Under the pieces are notes generated by a model. The model was given only the letters and a program-made list of their open reading frames with translations. It did no database searches and was not told the DNA's origin. A DNA stretch of 64,000 bases, taken from an uncultured delta proteobacterium. GTDB lineage: Bacteria; Desulfobacterota; Binatia; Binatales; Binataceae. Made by a program: the position numbers and the translations under genes. Position 1 is the first letter of the stretch, and each line of letters starts with the position of its first letter. Of the stretch, positions 50,630 to 60,312 are shown one piece after another. The stretch is from assembly GCA_963794325.1 (NCBI GenBank), contig CAWCDG010000004.1:1344001-1408000 (forward strand). Reading direction: 5' to 3'.

Positions 50630-51280
50630 TTATTCGATCGCTGTGAGATCGGTCCAAAGTTGACTCAGCGCAACGCTGACCGAATCGGCCCTGAGCGCGA
50701 TCAATCGCGCATCCTCGCGAAGGGTCTCAGCGAGCGCCAGAAGTCGTGGATGTTGGCTTTCGTACTTCGCGACGACACTTCCACTCGGCTTATGCTCCAG
50801 AAACCAAAGAAGGGGAAGCAATTCACAGAAGACGGAAACGGCGCCGTCGAGTGGTCCGCGCCGTACAGGCCAACGGCTTGCGATGAATTCATTGAGTTCC
50901 GTGAGCCTGGATATTCCGTCCCAGAGCCGGTCCCTTGCTGCAAAAGCAACGTTCCCGACGTTGCTCGTGATAATGGCCATGGAACAGAGCGGGCAGGGTT
51001 CGAGCGTGGTCCACAGAGTGTGGCGTCGATAGTCGCCCGGCCCCAATTGCCCCAGGACATCAAGCTCGGCGTGGGCGATGGGTGTCGATCGGAGCCTGCC
51101 TGGGGGTGCTTCCGCGTCCGACGCGCGATTTCGTCCAACCGCCACAACACGTCCGAGAGGATCAGTTAGAACCGCGCCAACTCCTACGTTGCCGCCGACG
51201 TAAGCCTCCCACGCGAGTGTGACTGCCGTCTGCCACGGCTCTTCCAGCGATAACCAGTAGTCGTTTGCGATCACGATCAA
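50630..51280 (-). CDS. Zinc-dependent nucleoside deaminase family protein
   Basis: HAE...TTLEPCPLC. Confidence 0.87.
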   Translation of the reverse strand: MIVIANDYWLSLEEPWQTAVTLAWEAYVGGNVGVGAVLTDPLGRVVAVGRNRASDAEAPPGRLRSTPIAHAELDVLGQLGPGDYRRHTLWTTLEPCPLCSMAIITSNVGNVAFAARDRLWDGISRLTELNEFIASRWPVRRGPLDGAVSVFCELLPLLWFLEHKPSGSVVAKYESQHPRLLALAETLREDARLIALRADSVSVALSQLWTDLTAIE

Positions 51281-51339
51281 CCAGCCCTTTCCATCACTTT
51301 ACCGAGCAGCCGCGCGGACCGTCTAGGATTTCGGTGTCC

Positions 51340-51984
51340 TCACCGCGCTCCAATCAGGTCTGAGACCCGGTCATGTACGAAATCGCGCCAGGATTTGTCC
51401 CCAATGAGATTGGGTAGCAACGTATCCATGTGCAGCAGGCCCATGATGAATATGCAGAACAGGCGCGCGGCGAAGTCGGGATTGAGCTTTGGATCAAGCT
51501 TGCCATCGCGTTGAGCCATCGAGATCGCATCGCCGATATGCCGGATCGCAGCTTCGTCTGACAGCGCTAACACGCGCCGGACGCCGCGATCTCTGCTCGC
51601 GGCTGCATGAACTTCGATCGACAGCTGACGAACCAGTTTCAATGCCGGTTCGGTGTACACCGATGCAAGACGCGGCAACTCTCCGGCCGCCCCGCTTGTA
51701 GCGTTTTGAATGAACAGCGGGGTCGACTCGAACGATCGCTTCACCACTTCGAGCAGCAGTTCGCCCTTACTCTTGAAATGCTTGTAGATGGCGCCGGCGG
51801 TGATACCGCTGGACCGGGCAATCGCCGGCATCGAGGAGCCCTCGAAGCCATGCTCGGCGAACAGCGTCGCGGCCGCGCTGAGGATTCGTTCGCGTGTCGA
51901 TTCGACCGGCTTCGCGCCGCGCCGTATCTTCTTCGCGGTGCTCGCCCTTTTTTTTGTGTGTGGCTTTATTCGTTTTCGAATCAT
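51340..51984 (-). CDS. TetR/AcrR-family transcriptional regulator
   Basis: RERILSAA..F...G..AIYKHFKSK. Confidence 0.92.
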   Translation of the reverse strand: MIRKRIKPHTKKRASTAKKIRRGAKPVESTRERILSAAATLFAEHGFEGSSMPAIARSSGITAGAIYKHFKSKGELLLEVVKRSFESTPLFIQNATSGAAGELPRLASVYTEPALKLVRQLSIEVHAAASRDRGVRRVLALSDEAAIRHIGDAISMAQRDGKLDPKLNPDFAARLFCIFIMGLLHMDTLLPNLIGDKSWRDFVHDRVSDLIGAR

Positions 51985-52038
51985 CGAGAATTTCGCGGCC
52001 TTGCTCGGGCCGCTATACTCATGATGGCGCAGTTGCGG

Positions 52039-52093
52039 TTGACAAGTAAACGGTCATTTACTAACTTTGTTGTCTGGTAAACGGTCGTTTACC
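52039..52093 (+). promoter_or_regulatory. Sigma70-like promoter (TTGACA 52039, 17 nt, TAACTT) with two palindromic operators GTAAACGGTCRTTTAC (52046-52061, 52077-52092)
   Basis: Two near-identical 16-bp palindromes between tetR and the divergent oxygenase genes. Confidence 0.8.
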
Positions 52094-52137
52094 TATAGAC
52101 CCGGGCTGCACTGAACTTCAGAAGTGAATCCATATAG

Positions 52138-53547
52138 ATGAAGGCGAATCATGCTGTTGTGATCGGCGGAGGCATCGGCGGGATGTGCGCGGCACGCCTG
52201 CTGTCCGATCACTTCGAGCGCGTTACCCTGATTGAGCGCGACGAGCTCCCCGAAGGCGCGGCGCATCGCAAGGGCGTGCCGCAGAGCCGTCACCCGCATG
52301 GACTACTCGATCGCGGACGTCGCGAATTGAGCGCGCTGTTTCCGGGTCTCGATGCTTCTATCCGTCAACGCGGCGGCCTCGATATGGACGCCGGGCTCGA
52401 GCTCGCCACCTTGAATCCTGAAGGATGGGCCACCCGTCGCCGCACCGGACATCAGATGTTGTTCGCGAGCCGTCTGCTGATCGAGTCGGTGATTCGCGAT
52501 CGTGTGAAGAACCTTCCTCGCGTCAAATTTGTCGAGGGCACCGAAGTCAATTCGCTGTTGTTCACGTCTGGTGATTCGCCGCGCGTGACGGGCGTCGAAG
52601 CCAGGAAGATTGCCGACGGCTCTTTGGATCGCATTGATGCTGACCTGGTGGTTGATTGCAGCGGCCGCAGTTCGCGCGCGTCGCAATGGCTGACCAGTCT
52701 TGGCTATCCCGAAGTCGAGCTCGAAGTGGTTGACGCGCAGGCCGGCTACAGCACTTGCTGGTACCAGGCGCCGCCGGCGAATCAGCGTCCCGCCAACTGG
52801 TGGTGGAAGGGAATCTTTCTGAGTCCATCCGCCAAGCCGACCCGCGACGAGGATTATTACGTCGCATTGATTCTGCCGATCGAAGGCGACCGCTTTCTGC
52901 TGACGCTGGCTTCGTGGGGCGACCGTCAGCTGCCCGCCGATCATGAATCGTTCGCGGCGCTATGCGGCAGGTTGCGCTCACCAATAGTGGCGGAGGCGCT
53001 CGCAATTTCGAAACCGATCTCGCCGATTTTCCATCGCAAGGGAATGCAGAATATCTGGAAGCATTTCGAAAAATGGCGCGGACCGGCCGGTTTCGTCGCG
53101 ATGGCCGACGCGGTCTGCGCGTTCAATCCGGTTTACGCGCAGGGCATGACCAGCGCCTCGGTATGTTCCCAGGTGCTCGGGACGCTGGTCGCCGAGATGG
53201 ATCCAACCGACGCGAATTTCCCGGCGGAGTTTTTCAAGCGTCAAGCTGAATTCGTGCGGCAGCCATGGAGTCTGTCGGTCGCGCGCGATCGGCAGGCCCT
53301 TGGACAATCGGATAGCTCCGACGGCGCGATGGCCGGTGAGGCGTGGGAACGCATTCTGCGAGAAGGAGCCGGCGTCCCGGTGATCGCGGAGGCGCTCTTC
53401 AACGTCATCAATCTCAACCGTCCGCCGGAATCGCTGGCGACCGATTCCGAATTTCTTGCCGCAGTGAACAAAATCATGCAGCAGCCTAAGCCTTCGATCG
53501 AAGCCGCGGATCTGCCGCCATATCCGCCGGCTGCGATTGCCGACTGA
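52138..53547 (+). CDS. FAD-dependent oxidoreductase/monooxygenase
   Basis: GGGIGG, RKGVPQSRHPH, VDCSGR, DAVCAFNPVYAQGMT. Confidence 0.88.
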   Translation: MKANHAVVIGGGIGGMCAARLLSDHFERVTLIERDELPEGAAHRKGVPQSRHPHGLLDRGRRELSALFPGLDASIRQRGGLDMDAGLELATLNPEGWATRRRTGHQMLFASRLLIESVIRDRVKNLPRVKFVEGTEVNSLLFTSGDSPRVTGVEARKIADGSLDRIDADLVVDCSGRSSRASQWLTSLGYPEVELEVVDAQAGYSTCWYQAPPANQRPANWWWKGIFLSPSAKPTRDEDYYVALILPIEGDRFLLTLASWGDRQLPADHESFAALCGRLRSPIVAEALAISKPISPIFHRKGMQNIWKHFEKWRGPAGFVAMADAVCAFNPVYAQGMTSASVCSQVLGTLVAEMDPTDANFPAEFFKRQAEFVRQPWSLSVARDRQALGQSDSSDGAMAGEAWERILREGAGVPVIAEALFNVINLNRPPESLATDSEFLAAVNKIMQQPKPSIEAADLPPYPPAAIAD

Positions 53548-53572
53548 AAATAGAATTTCCATTGAGGTTCAT

Positions 53573-54754
53573 ATGACATCAGCTATTCGACCAAACCGCC
53601 TGCGCGCCGGAATCTTTCTCGCGCCGTTTCATCCTGTCGATGAAGACCCAACCCTCGCGATCCGGCGCGATATCGATCTGATCGAGCATCTCGATCGCAT
53701 CGGCTTCGACGAGGCATGGATCGGTGAGCATCATTCAGCCGGATACGAAATCATAGCGTCGCCGGAACTGATGATCGCCGCGGTTGCCGAGCGTACTCAA
53801 CGGATTCGGCTTGGTACCGGCGTTATCTCGCTGCCGTACCATCATCCGTTGATGGTCGCGAATCGTATCGTGCAACTCGATCACATGACGCGTGGACGAG
53901 CGATGTTCGGAATCGGGCCGGGCTTGCTGCCGTCGGACGCGGAGATGTTGGGGGTGCCGGTCTCGAAGCAGCGCGACCGGATGGCCGAGTCGCTCGACGT
54001 CATTCTGAGGCTGATCGCCGGTGAGACTGTGACCGAGAAAACCGAATGGTACACGCTGAAGGAAGCGCGCTGTCAGCTCCTTCCTTATACGCGTCCCCGC
54101 CCGGAGTTTGCGGTCGCGAGCACTTTCACGCCGTCGGGCGGTAAGCTGGCCGGACGCTATGCGGCCGGGATGCTATGCGTGGCAGCCTCGCAACAGGCGG
54201 GCTATGACGTGCTCGGCACTAACTGGCAGATAGCCTGTGACATCGCGCGTGAAAATGGGCGCACGATGGATCGCTCGGTGCTCCGGCTGGTCGCGCCGAT
54301 GCATATCGCCGAGAGCCGCGATCAGGCGATGCGCGAAATCAAGTACGGACTGGACAAGTGGCTCGCATATTTTACCGCGATCAATCCAACCGCCACTGGC
54401 GACGACCTGGGTGCGAAGAGTCCGGCCGATGCGATGGTCGAGTCGGGGCGCGCGGTTATCGGCACGCCGGACGATGCGATCGCGATGCTCGAGCGGTTGG
54501 AGAAACAGTCGGGCGGGTTCGGCTGCATCCTCATGCTCGCTCATAACTGGGCAAACTTCGACGCGACGAAGCGATCCTATGAACTGTTCGCGCGGCATGT
54601 CCTGCCGCATTTCAACGGATCCAATATCGCGCGCGACGCTTCGCTGAATTGGGTCCGCGACAACGGCAAGGAACTGATGGGCAAAGCGATGTCCGCCGCC
54701 GCCGAGACAGTGCAAAAGCATTTTGCAGAGGTCGCCGCGAAGCAGAAGAATTAG
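53573..54754 (+). CDS. Luciferase-like flavin-dependent monooxygenase (limonene monooxygenase-like)
   Basis: GIFLAPFH, EAWIGEHHS, GPGLLPSDA, SYELFAR. Confidence 0.9.
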   Translation: MTSAIRPNRLRAGIFLAPFHPVDEDPTLAIRRDIDLIEHLDRIGFDEAWIGEHHSAGYEIIASPELMIAAVAERTQRIRLGTGVISLPYHHPLMVANRIVQLDHMTRGRAMFGIGPGLLPSDAEMLGVPVSKQRDRMAESLDVILRLIAGETVTEKTEWYTLKEARCQLLPYTRPRPEFAVASTFTPSGGKLAGRYAAGMLCVAASQQAGYDVLGTNWQIACDIARENGRTMDRSVLRLVAPMHIAESRDQAMREIKYGLDKWLAYFTAINPTATGDDLGAKSPADAMVESGRAVIGTPDDAIAMLERLEKQSGGFGCILMLAHNWANFDATKRSYELFARHVLPHFNGSNIARDASLNWVRDNGKELMGKAMSAAAETVQKHFAEVAAKQKN

Positions 54755-54825
54755 TCACTTACTATTTGAATAGATGGTCTCTAAAAGGTCCCTTGCCTTC
54801 CCGCCGCTGGGATGATGCGAAAGAA

Positions 54826-54860
54826 CCTAACCCCTAACCCCTTCCCGAGCGGGAAGGGGA
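54826..54860. repeat. REP-like element CCTAACCCCTAACCCCTTCCC..GGGAAGGGG
   Basis: Same architecture as the 35581 element; between convergent genes. Confidence 0.6.
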
Positions 54861-54869
54861 ACTGGATTT

Positions 54870-55487
54870 TTAGGGCGAAATAATCCGGCGGAACGTCAAG
54901 TTAATCCGTGGCCCGCATGGACGCGACTCCTTCGCGATTCCATGAGTCCAATATCGCTGAGTCTCACCCTTCATCAGCAGAAGACTCCCCGACGCAAGTC
55001 TCACGCGGACAGGTTTGAGAAGCTTATTTATCTTATGCTTTGTAACAAACGTACGCTCTTCACCAAGACTTAGCGACGCGATTGTAGGTCTCACGCCTAG
55101 CTCTGGTTCATTATCGCTATGGAACCCCATGCTGTCTCGATTGTCGCGGTAATAGTTGAGCAGCACGCTGTTGAAGGATGCCGCGGTTACAGCTTCCACC
55201 CGCCTCTTTATGTCGAGCAATAGATCCGACCATGGCATAGGACTCAGGGTAATGCCTGAGTAGGTATAGTCGGCGTCTCGATCTCCATACCATGCAGTTA
55301 GGCGGGGCTGCGGATGGATTTTGCCCCACACCAGAATATTTTCCTGGCGCCACGGTATCTCGGCGATCATCTGATCCAGAATCGCATCATCATCGCGCCC
55401 CAGCTCGAGGTGGCCCAGGTAGTATACTTCCGCGTCCGCGATCGGAATTCGTTCGAGACGATCTGTCGCTTCAAACAGGTTCGGCAT
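54870..55487 (-). CDS. AlkB-family 2OG-Fe(II) dioxygenase (ALKBH2/3-like)
   Basis: QPRLTAWYG, NYYRD..DSMGFHSD, H..., RINLTFR. Confidence 0.92.
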   Translation of the reverse strand: MPNLFEATDRLERIPIADAEVYYLGHLELGRDDDAILDQMIAEIPWRQENILVWGKIHPQPRLTAWYGDRDADYTYSGITLSPMPWSDLLLDIKRRVEAVTAASFNSVLLNYYRDNRDSMGFHSDNEPELGVRPTIASLSLGEERTFVTKHKINKLLKPVRVRLASGSLLLMKGETQRYWTHGIAKESRPCGPRINLTFRRIISP

Positions 55488-55609
55488 TGGCTTCCTCAGC
55501 GACAATTAGCGACCGCGTTCATAGTATCCGAAAGACGTCCCAATATGGATCGTTGCCTCCCGTCAAGCGCATGGTGTAAAAGCTCTGTGGGGAATCGGGG
55601 AGTACAAAT

Positions 55610-55759
55610 ATGAGTGATTGGAAGAAGCCAGAGTTCGTGGAGATCCGGATGGACGCGGAAATCAACTGCTACAGCTCTGCGCTCGCCGACGATCCCCGGC
55701 GAGTGCTGAAGCAGCCGGTGGTTCGCGACGACGGGTCGGAAACCAGCCAGGAATCCTAA
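55610..55759 (+). CDS. pqqA: PQQ precursor peptide, 49 aa (MSDWKKPEFVEIRMDAEINCYSSALADD...QES)
   Basis: GGGGAG RBS; W-x-K-P leader and E-x-x-x-Y core directly upstream of pqqB; absent from the ORF track. Confidence 0.88.
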   Translation: MSDWKKPEFVEIRMDAEINCYSSALADDPRRVLKQPVVRDDGSETSQES

Positions 55760-55771
55760 GACCCGGCCGTC

Positions 55772-56671
55772 GTGCGGGTCCATATCCTTGGTTCCGCTGC
55801 CGGAGGTGGGTTCCCGCAGTGGAACTGCAACTGCGTGAATTGTCGCGGGCTGCGGACTGGGTCGATTCGCGCGAAGGCGCGGACCCAATGCTCGGTCGCG
55901 GTCAGCGCGGACGGCTCGCGATGGGCGCTCCTGAACGCGAGCCCCGATCTTCGCACGCAATTTTTTTCATTTCCCGAACTACAGCCAAAGGGCAACGTCA
56001 GAGAATCGCCGATCGAAGCAGTCCTGCTTTCCGACGCCGAGCTTGATCACATTACGGGCCTGCTCTCTTTGCGCGAATCGCAGCCGATCCGGTTGTATTG
56101 CACCCCACAAGTTTTCGATTGGGTGTTCGCATCGAACCCAATTTTCAGCGCGTTGATTCGGTCCGAAAGATTCACAGTGATGCAGGTTGAAGATCGCAAA
56201 GTCGAGGCCCTCGGAGGCGGTCTCGGCTTCGAGGCGATCTCAGTGACCGGCAAAGTTCCGACCTATGTGACAAATCCGCCAACCAATTGCACCGGCGCCG
56301 TTGTCGCATACAAGCTCATCGATTCTCGCGCCGGCTCGTCGCTTCTTTATGTGCCGGCGATCAAAGAGGTCCACGAGGCGGCTCTCGCTGCCGCCGCCGA
56401 TTGCGACTGTCTTATGTTCGACGGCAGCTTCTGGACAGACGACGAAATGGAGCTCCGTGGAACCGGTGCGCGGACCGCCTTGTCGATGGGGCACATACCC
56501 ATTTCTGGACCCCATGGCAGCCTCGCGCGGCTCAGCGATCTTCGAATCAGAAAAATCTATACTCACATCAACAACACCAATCCGATCCTTGATGAAAATT
56601 CGCCGGAACGCCGCGAGGTCGAAAGCGCAGGATGGGAGATCGCTGAAGACGGCATGGATTTTACAGTCTGA
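55772..56671 (+). CDS. pqqB: PQQ biosynthesis protein B
   Basis: LGSAAGGGFPQWNCNC, RTQCS, HINNTNP. Confidence 0.96.
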   Translation: MRVHILGSAAGGGFPQWNCNCVNCRGLRTGSIRAKARTQCSVAVSADGSRWALLNASPDLRTQFFSFPELQPKGNVRESPIEAVLLSDAELDHITGLLSLRESQPIRLYCTPQVFDWVFASNPIFSALIRSERFTVMQVEDRKVEALGGGLGFEAISVTGKVPTYVTNPPTNCTGAVVAYKLIDSRAGSSLLYVPAIKEVHEAALAAAADCDCLMFDGSFWTDDEMELRGTGARTALSMGHIPISGPHGSLARLSDLRIRKIYTHINNTNPILDENSPERREVESAGWEIAEDGMDFTV

Positions 56672-56680
56672 CAATCATGT

Positions 56681-57430
56681 GTGAACGATATGGCAGAGGG
56701 TAAACCCGACTCCCCTGAAAAATTTGTCGCGCGGCTGCGGGCGATCGGCGAAGCGGCCTATCACGACAAGCACCCGTTTCACATTCTGATGCATCAGGGG
56801 AAACTGACCAAGCGCCAAATTCAGGCGTGGATCGAAAATCGTTTTTACTATCAGTGGACGATTCCCAAAAAGGACGCGCTGATCCTGGCCAAGGCGGACG
56901 ACCCGGAATTCCGCCGCGCATGGATCACTCGAATTATCGATCACGATGGGACGGCTGACGGCGAAGGCGGAATTCGCAAGTGGTACAAATTGTCGGAGGC
57001 TGCGGGGCTCGACGTTACCGACGTCGCGAGTTTGCGCTACGTGCTGCCGGGTGTGCGATTCGCGGTGGACGCGTACCTGCATCTGTGCGCATTGCGTCCG
57101 CTTACCGAGGCCGTTGCGTCGTCGCTGACCGAATTGTTCGCGCCCACGCTCATGGCGGATCGGATCGCGGTGCTCGAGAAACTCTATCCGTGGCTGGACA
57201 GCCGCGGCCTGGAATATTTTCGCGGACGCCTCGTGCAGGCGCCGCGCGACTCGGACTACGGCCTGCAATACGTCGTCGCGCACTGCACCACTCGCGAGTC
57301 GCAGGATCGCGCCGCCGACGCGCTCACGCTCAAGTGCCACATTCTGTGGGGTCTCCTCGACGCCATCCACTACGCATACGTTTCGCCCGGATATTTACCG
57401 CCGCTATGGCACGACACGCGGAAACTTTGA
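56681..57430 (+). CDS. pqqC: PQQ synthase
   Basis: YHDKHPFH, RIIDHDG, SSLTELFAP. Confidence 0.96.
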   Translation: MNDMAEGKPDSPEKFVARLRAIGEAAYHDKHPFHILMHQGKLTKRQIQAWIENRFYYQWTIPKKDALILAKADDPEFRRAWITRIIDHDGTADGEGGIRKWYKLSEAAGLDVTDVASLRYVLPGVRFAVDAYLHLCALRPLTEAVASSLTELFAPTLMADRIAVLEKLYPWLDSRGLEYFRGRLVQAPRDSDYGLQYVVAHCTTRESQDRAADALTLKCHILWGLLDAIHYAYVSPGYLPPLWHDTRKL

Positions 57431-57705
57431 TGAGCGCCGATGAGGTATGGCGGCCGCGATTGGCCTCGCGTGCGCGGCTCAAGTTCGATCCCATCGCCAA
57501 ACAGGAAATGCTTCTGTTTCCCGAAGCGGCGCTGGCGCTCAACGAAACCGGCGCCGCGATTGTGCGGCTGTGCGATGGCACTCGTTCGGTAAACGAAATC
57601 GTCGATCAGTTGTCGAAAATATATCGCGACGCGGACCGCGATGCGCTCATGCGCGAAGTGATGGACTTTCTCGAAACGATTCGCGCGCGCAGGTTGCTCC
57701 AATGA
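57430..57705 (+). CDS. pqqD: PqqA-binding chaperone (RRE)
   Basis: LLFPE..LNETGAAIVRLCDG; ATG overlaps the pqqC TGA. Confidence 0.93.
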   Translation: MSADEVWRPRLASRARLKFDPIAKQEMLLFPEAALALNETGAAIVRLCDGTRSVNEIVDQLSKIYRDADRDALMREVMDFLETIRARRLLQ

Positions 57706-58790
57706 CTCCGGCGCCGCGCCCCTACACTCTCGTCGCGGAGCTGACCTATCGATGCCCGCTGCGATGCGTGTACTGTTCCAATCCCGTCGATTTCCATCGC
57801 TCGCGTAACGAACTATCGACCGCCGAGTGGCGGCGGACTTTTTCGCAAGCCGCCGAACTTGGCGTCATGCAGTTGCATCTCTCGGGCGGCGAGCCCGTGC
57901 TGCGCGCCGATCTTGTCGAATTGATTCAGCACGCGCGCGCGAATGATCTCTATACCAACCTGATAACCGGAGGGACGCTGCTCGACGAACCCAAGCTGCG
58001 GTGCTTTCGCAAGGCGGGTCTCGACCATATTCAACTGAGTATCCAGGGCGCCGCGCGCGCAAGCGCCGAGATAATCGCCGGAGTCCGCTCGCATCAAAAG
58101 AAACTCGAGGTCGCAGAGCTCATTCGCAAAGTCGGATTTCCGCTGACCCTCAACGTCGTGATCCATCGGCTGAACATTGCCGAGCTGCCCGAACTCATCG
58201 CGCTCGCACTGGAGCTGGGCAGTGATCGTCTTGAGCTGGCCAATACCCAATTCTATGCGTGGGCAGCTGAGAATCGTCGAGCACTGATGCCGACGCGCGA
58301 GCAATACGATCGCGCAGAGGAAATCGCGCGTGAGGCGATCGTGAAATATCGCGGCACGCTCGAAATCGCTTTCGTGCAGAACGACTATCTCTCGGGCGAG
58401 CCCAAGCCATGCATGGGCGGATGGGGCCGCAGCTACATGTGCATCAATCCGGCCGGCGAAGTGATGCCGTGTCACGCCGCCTCAGTGATTCCGGGACTGC
58501 GCTTCGAATCGGTGCGCGAAAGTACCTTGGAAAAGATCTGGCGCGATTCGCCTGCTATGAATGCGTTTCGCGGCGACGACTGGATGATGGAACCGTGCCG
58601 CAGTTGCGTCCGCAAGGAAATCGATTTCGGCGGATGCCGATGCCAGGCCTTCATGCTGGCCGGAAACGCCGCCGAGGCCGACCCGATCTGCCGCCTGTCA
58701 CCGCATCACGGAATCGTCGAGTCGATGCGAAATGAATCCGGATCAAACGCGACTCTGATTTATCGAGAGGTGAAGACCACGCGACCTTAG
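57702..58790 (+). CDS. pqqE: Radical SAM/SPASM PqqA cyclase
   Basis: ELTYRCPLRCVYCSNP, CMGGWG, DFGGCRCQA; ATGA overlap. Confidence 0.96.
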   Translation: MTPAPRPYTLVAELTYRCPLRCVYCSNPVDFHRSRNELSTAEWRRTFSQAAELGVMQLHLSGGEPVLRADLVELIQHARANDLYTNLITGGTLLDEPKLRCFRKAGLDHIQLSIQGAARASAEIIAGVRSHQKKLEVAELIRKVGFPLTLNVVIHRLNIAELPELIALALELGSDRLELANTQFYAWAAENRRALMPTREQYDRAEEIAREAIVKYRGTLEIAFVQNDYLSGEPKPCMGGWGRSYMCINPAGEVMPCHAASVIPGLRFESVRESTLEKIWRDSPAMNAFRGDDWMMEPCRSCVRKEIDFGGCRCQAFMLAGNAAEADPICRLSPHHGIVESMRNESGSNATLIYREVKTTRP

Positions 58791-60199
58791 CGCCACGCCG
58801 GAGGATCGCTGCCGAGCGGCGCGGGCGGGAGATCCCATCGCGGCGGCGTTTCCGACATCCGCGCGATCGGACCGAGACGCGTCAGAGGTCCCCAGGCGGT
58901 ATCCATCTCGATGATCCACGGAGCGATCGACGCGATGTCGAATCCGCCCGGCTTGTCATCCGATGCAGTGCGCGGCAACGACATGATCCACATCGCCGTG
59001 CGCGCCAGCGATACCCGGACGTGCCAACTGCCGCCTTCAGTAGCGCGCCGCGCGAGCGCGCCCATCACGCCGAGCGCTCCGAGATAGCCGGTCGTATAGT
59101 CGTTGATCGCGGCGGGCACCAGTGCGGGATGCTCGTCGCCGGCGTGCTCGAGCGCCATGCCTGTGACGGTCTGCGCGAGTTGTTCCCATCCGGGACGGCC
59201 CGCAAACGGACCTTCGTGTCCGTAGCAGTCGATCGATACCGCGATGATGCCGGGCCGCATCTGCGCCAATTCTTTCGGGCCAAAGCCGCGCCGCGCGAGA
59301 GCGCCGGGACGATATCCTTGCGAGAATACGTGCGCATCGCGCACCAGCGCGCGCAATCGCTCAATGTCTTCGTTGCGATCGAGATCGAGAAAGCATGAAC
59401 GCTTGCCGGGATTGGTGTCGATGACGAAAGGCTCGATTGACGGGAGCTTGGGACTTCGCACGTGCAGTACTTCGGCGCCGTGCTCCGCCAGGGTTCGCGC
59501 GCAAGTCGGTCCGGCCAGCACGCGGGTGAGATCGAGAACGCGCACGCCTGAAAGCGGGCGAGCACCACGCTCGTCACTGCGCGGTCCGGGGAGTGGCTCA
59601 CGGTCGGCGTCGCCGAGGCGAATAATCTCGACCAGCGGTACTCGCGCGAGCGCGATGCCCTGCGGATGCGCGCGCCATTCGTCGGCGCTGCGTAACTTCG
59701 CACCACATACGCCACGGTCGGCGAGCGCATCTTCGAGCGGCTGCGCGTCCCACGATGCGACGGCATTTGCGATCGCGCCGGCGTCATCGTCGCATTTCAA
59801 AAGCGCGAGCGTGCCTTCGCGCGAACTGAATCCGCCATGCAGATGTATCCATCGCCCATCGCGCGCTCGATAAAGCGCGGTCGTCGGCTGCGGGCTCCGG
59901 TCGAACGAACTGCCCGAACATCGTTGGTAGAGGAACGACACGAGCGACGCCGCCGCGGCGCGCACGTCCACCTCGATACGCTGCGGACGCCCGCCGCGCG
60001 CGCACCACAAGTCGGCTGCGGCGGTCGCATTCGCAGCGAGCACCGCGGCGGCAGCTTCGCCGGCGCGAAATCGAGTGGCGATAATCGGATCGTGTCCGAT
60101 GATTCGAAGTTCGTGTTTATTCGAGATGTTCGCCCGTCCAAGCGAGGCAAGCAGATCGCGCGTCCACGCGAGAGGTTCTACCGCTGAAGAGGTTGCCAC
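58787..60199 (-). CDS. Family III CoA transferase (CaiB/BaiF)
   Basis: PLSGVRVLDLTRVLAGP, GKRS, QGYRPG. Confidence 0.9.
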   Translation of the reverse strand: MATSSAVEPLAWTRDLLASLGRANISNKHELRIIGHDPIIATRFRAGEAAAAVLAANATAAADLWCARGGRPQRIEVDVRAAAASLVSFLYQRCSGSSFDRSPQPTTALYRARDGRWIHLHGGFSSREGTLALLKCDDDAGAIANAVASWDAQPLEDALADRGVCGAKLRSADEWRAHPQGIALARVPLVEIIRLGDADREPLPGPRSDERGARPLSGVRVLDLTRVLAGPTCARTLAEHGAEVLHVRSPKLPSIEPFVIDTNPGKRSCFLDLDRNEDIERLRALVRDAHVFSQGYRPGALARRGFGPKELAQMRPGIIAVSIDCYGHEGPFAGRPGWEQLAQTVTGMALEHAGDEHPALVPAAINDYTTGYLGALGVMGALARRATEGGSWHVRVSLARTAMWIMSLPRTASDDKPGGFDIASIAPWIIEMDTAWGPLTRLGPIARMSETPPRWDLPPAPLGSDPPAWR

Positions 60200-60312
60200 G
60201 CGCCGAAGTTAGCATTCGATCGAACGGATCGGGAAACTGTTGCCGACTCCGATTTCGGGAAGTTTGCCGAATGCCGGCACACCGTGATTGAATCCGGTTC
60301 GAGGACGGCATC

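Noticed and set aside
50630-55487. Deaminase plus AlkB as a nucleic-acid editing or defence module
   Set aside because: Not adjacent or co-transcribed; both are ordinary stand-alone families
57447-57701. Apparent N-terminal extension of PqqE (similar ones for PqqD, LarC, YqjG in the ORF track)
   Set aside because: Artefact of upstream alternative start codons; likely starts are the overlapping ATGs or motif-matched Met
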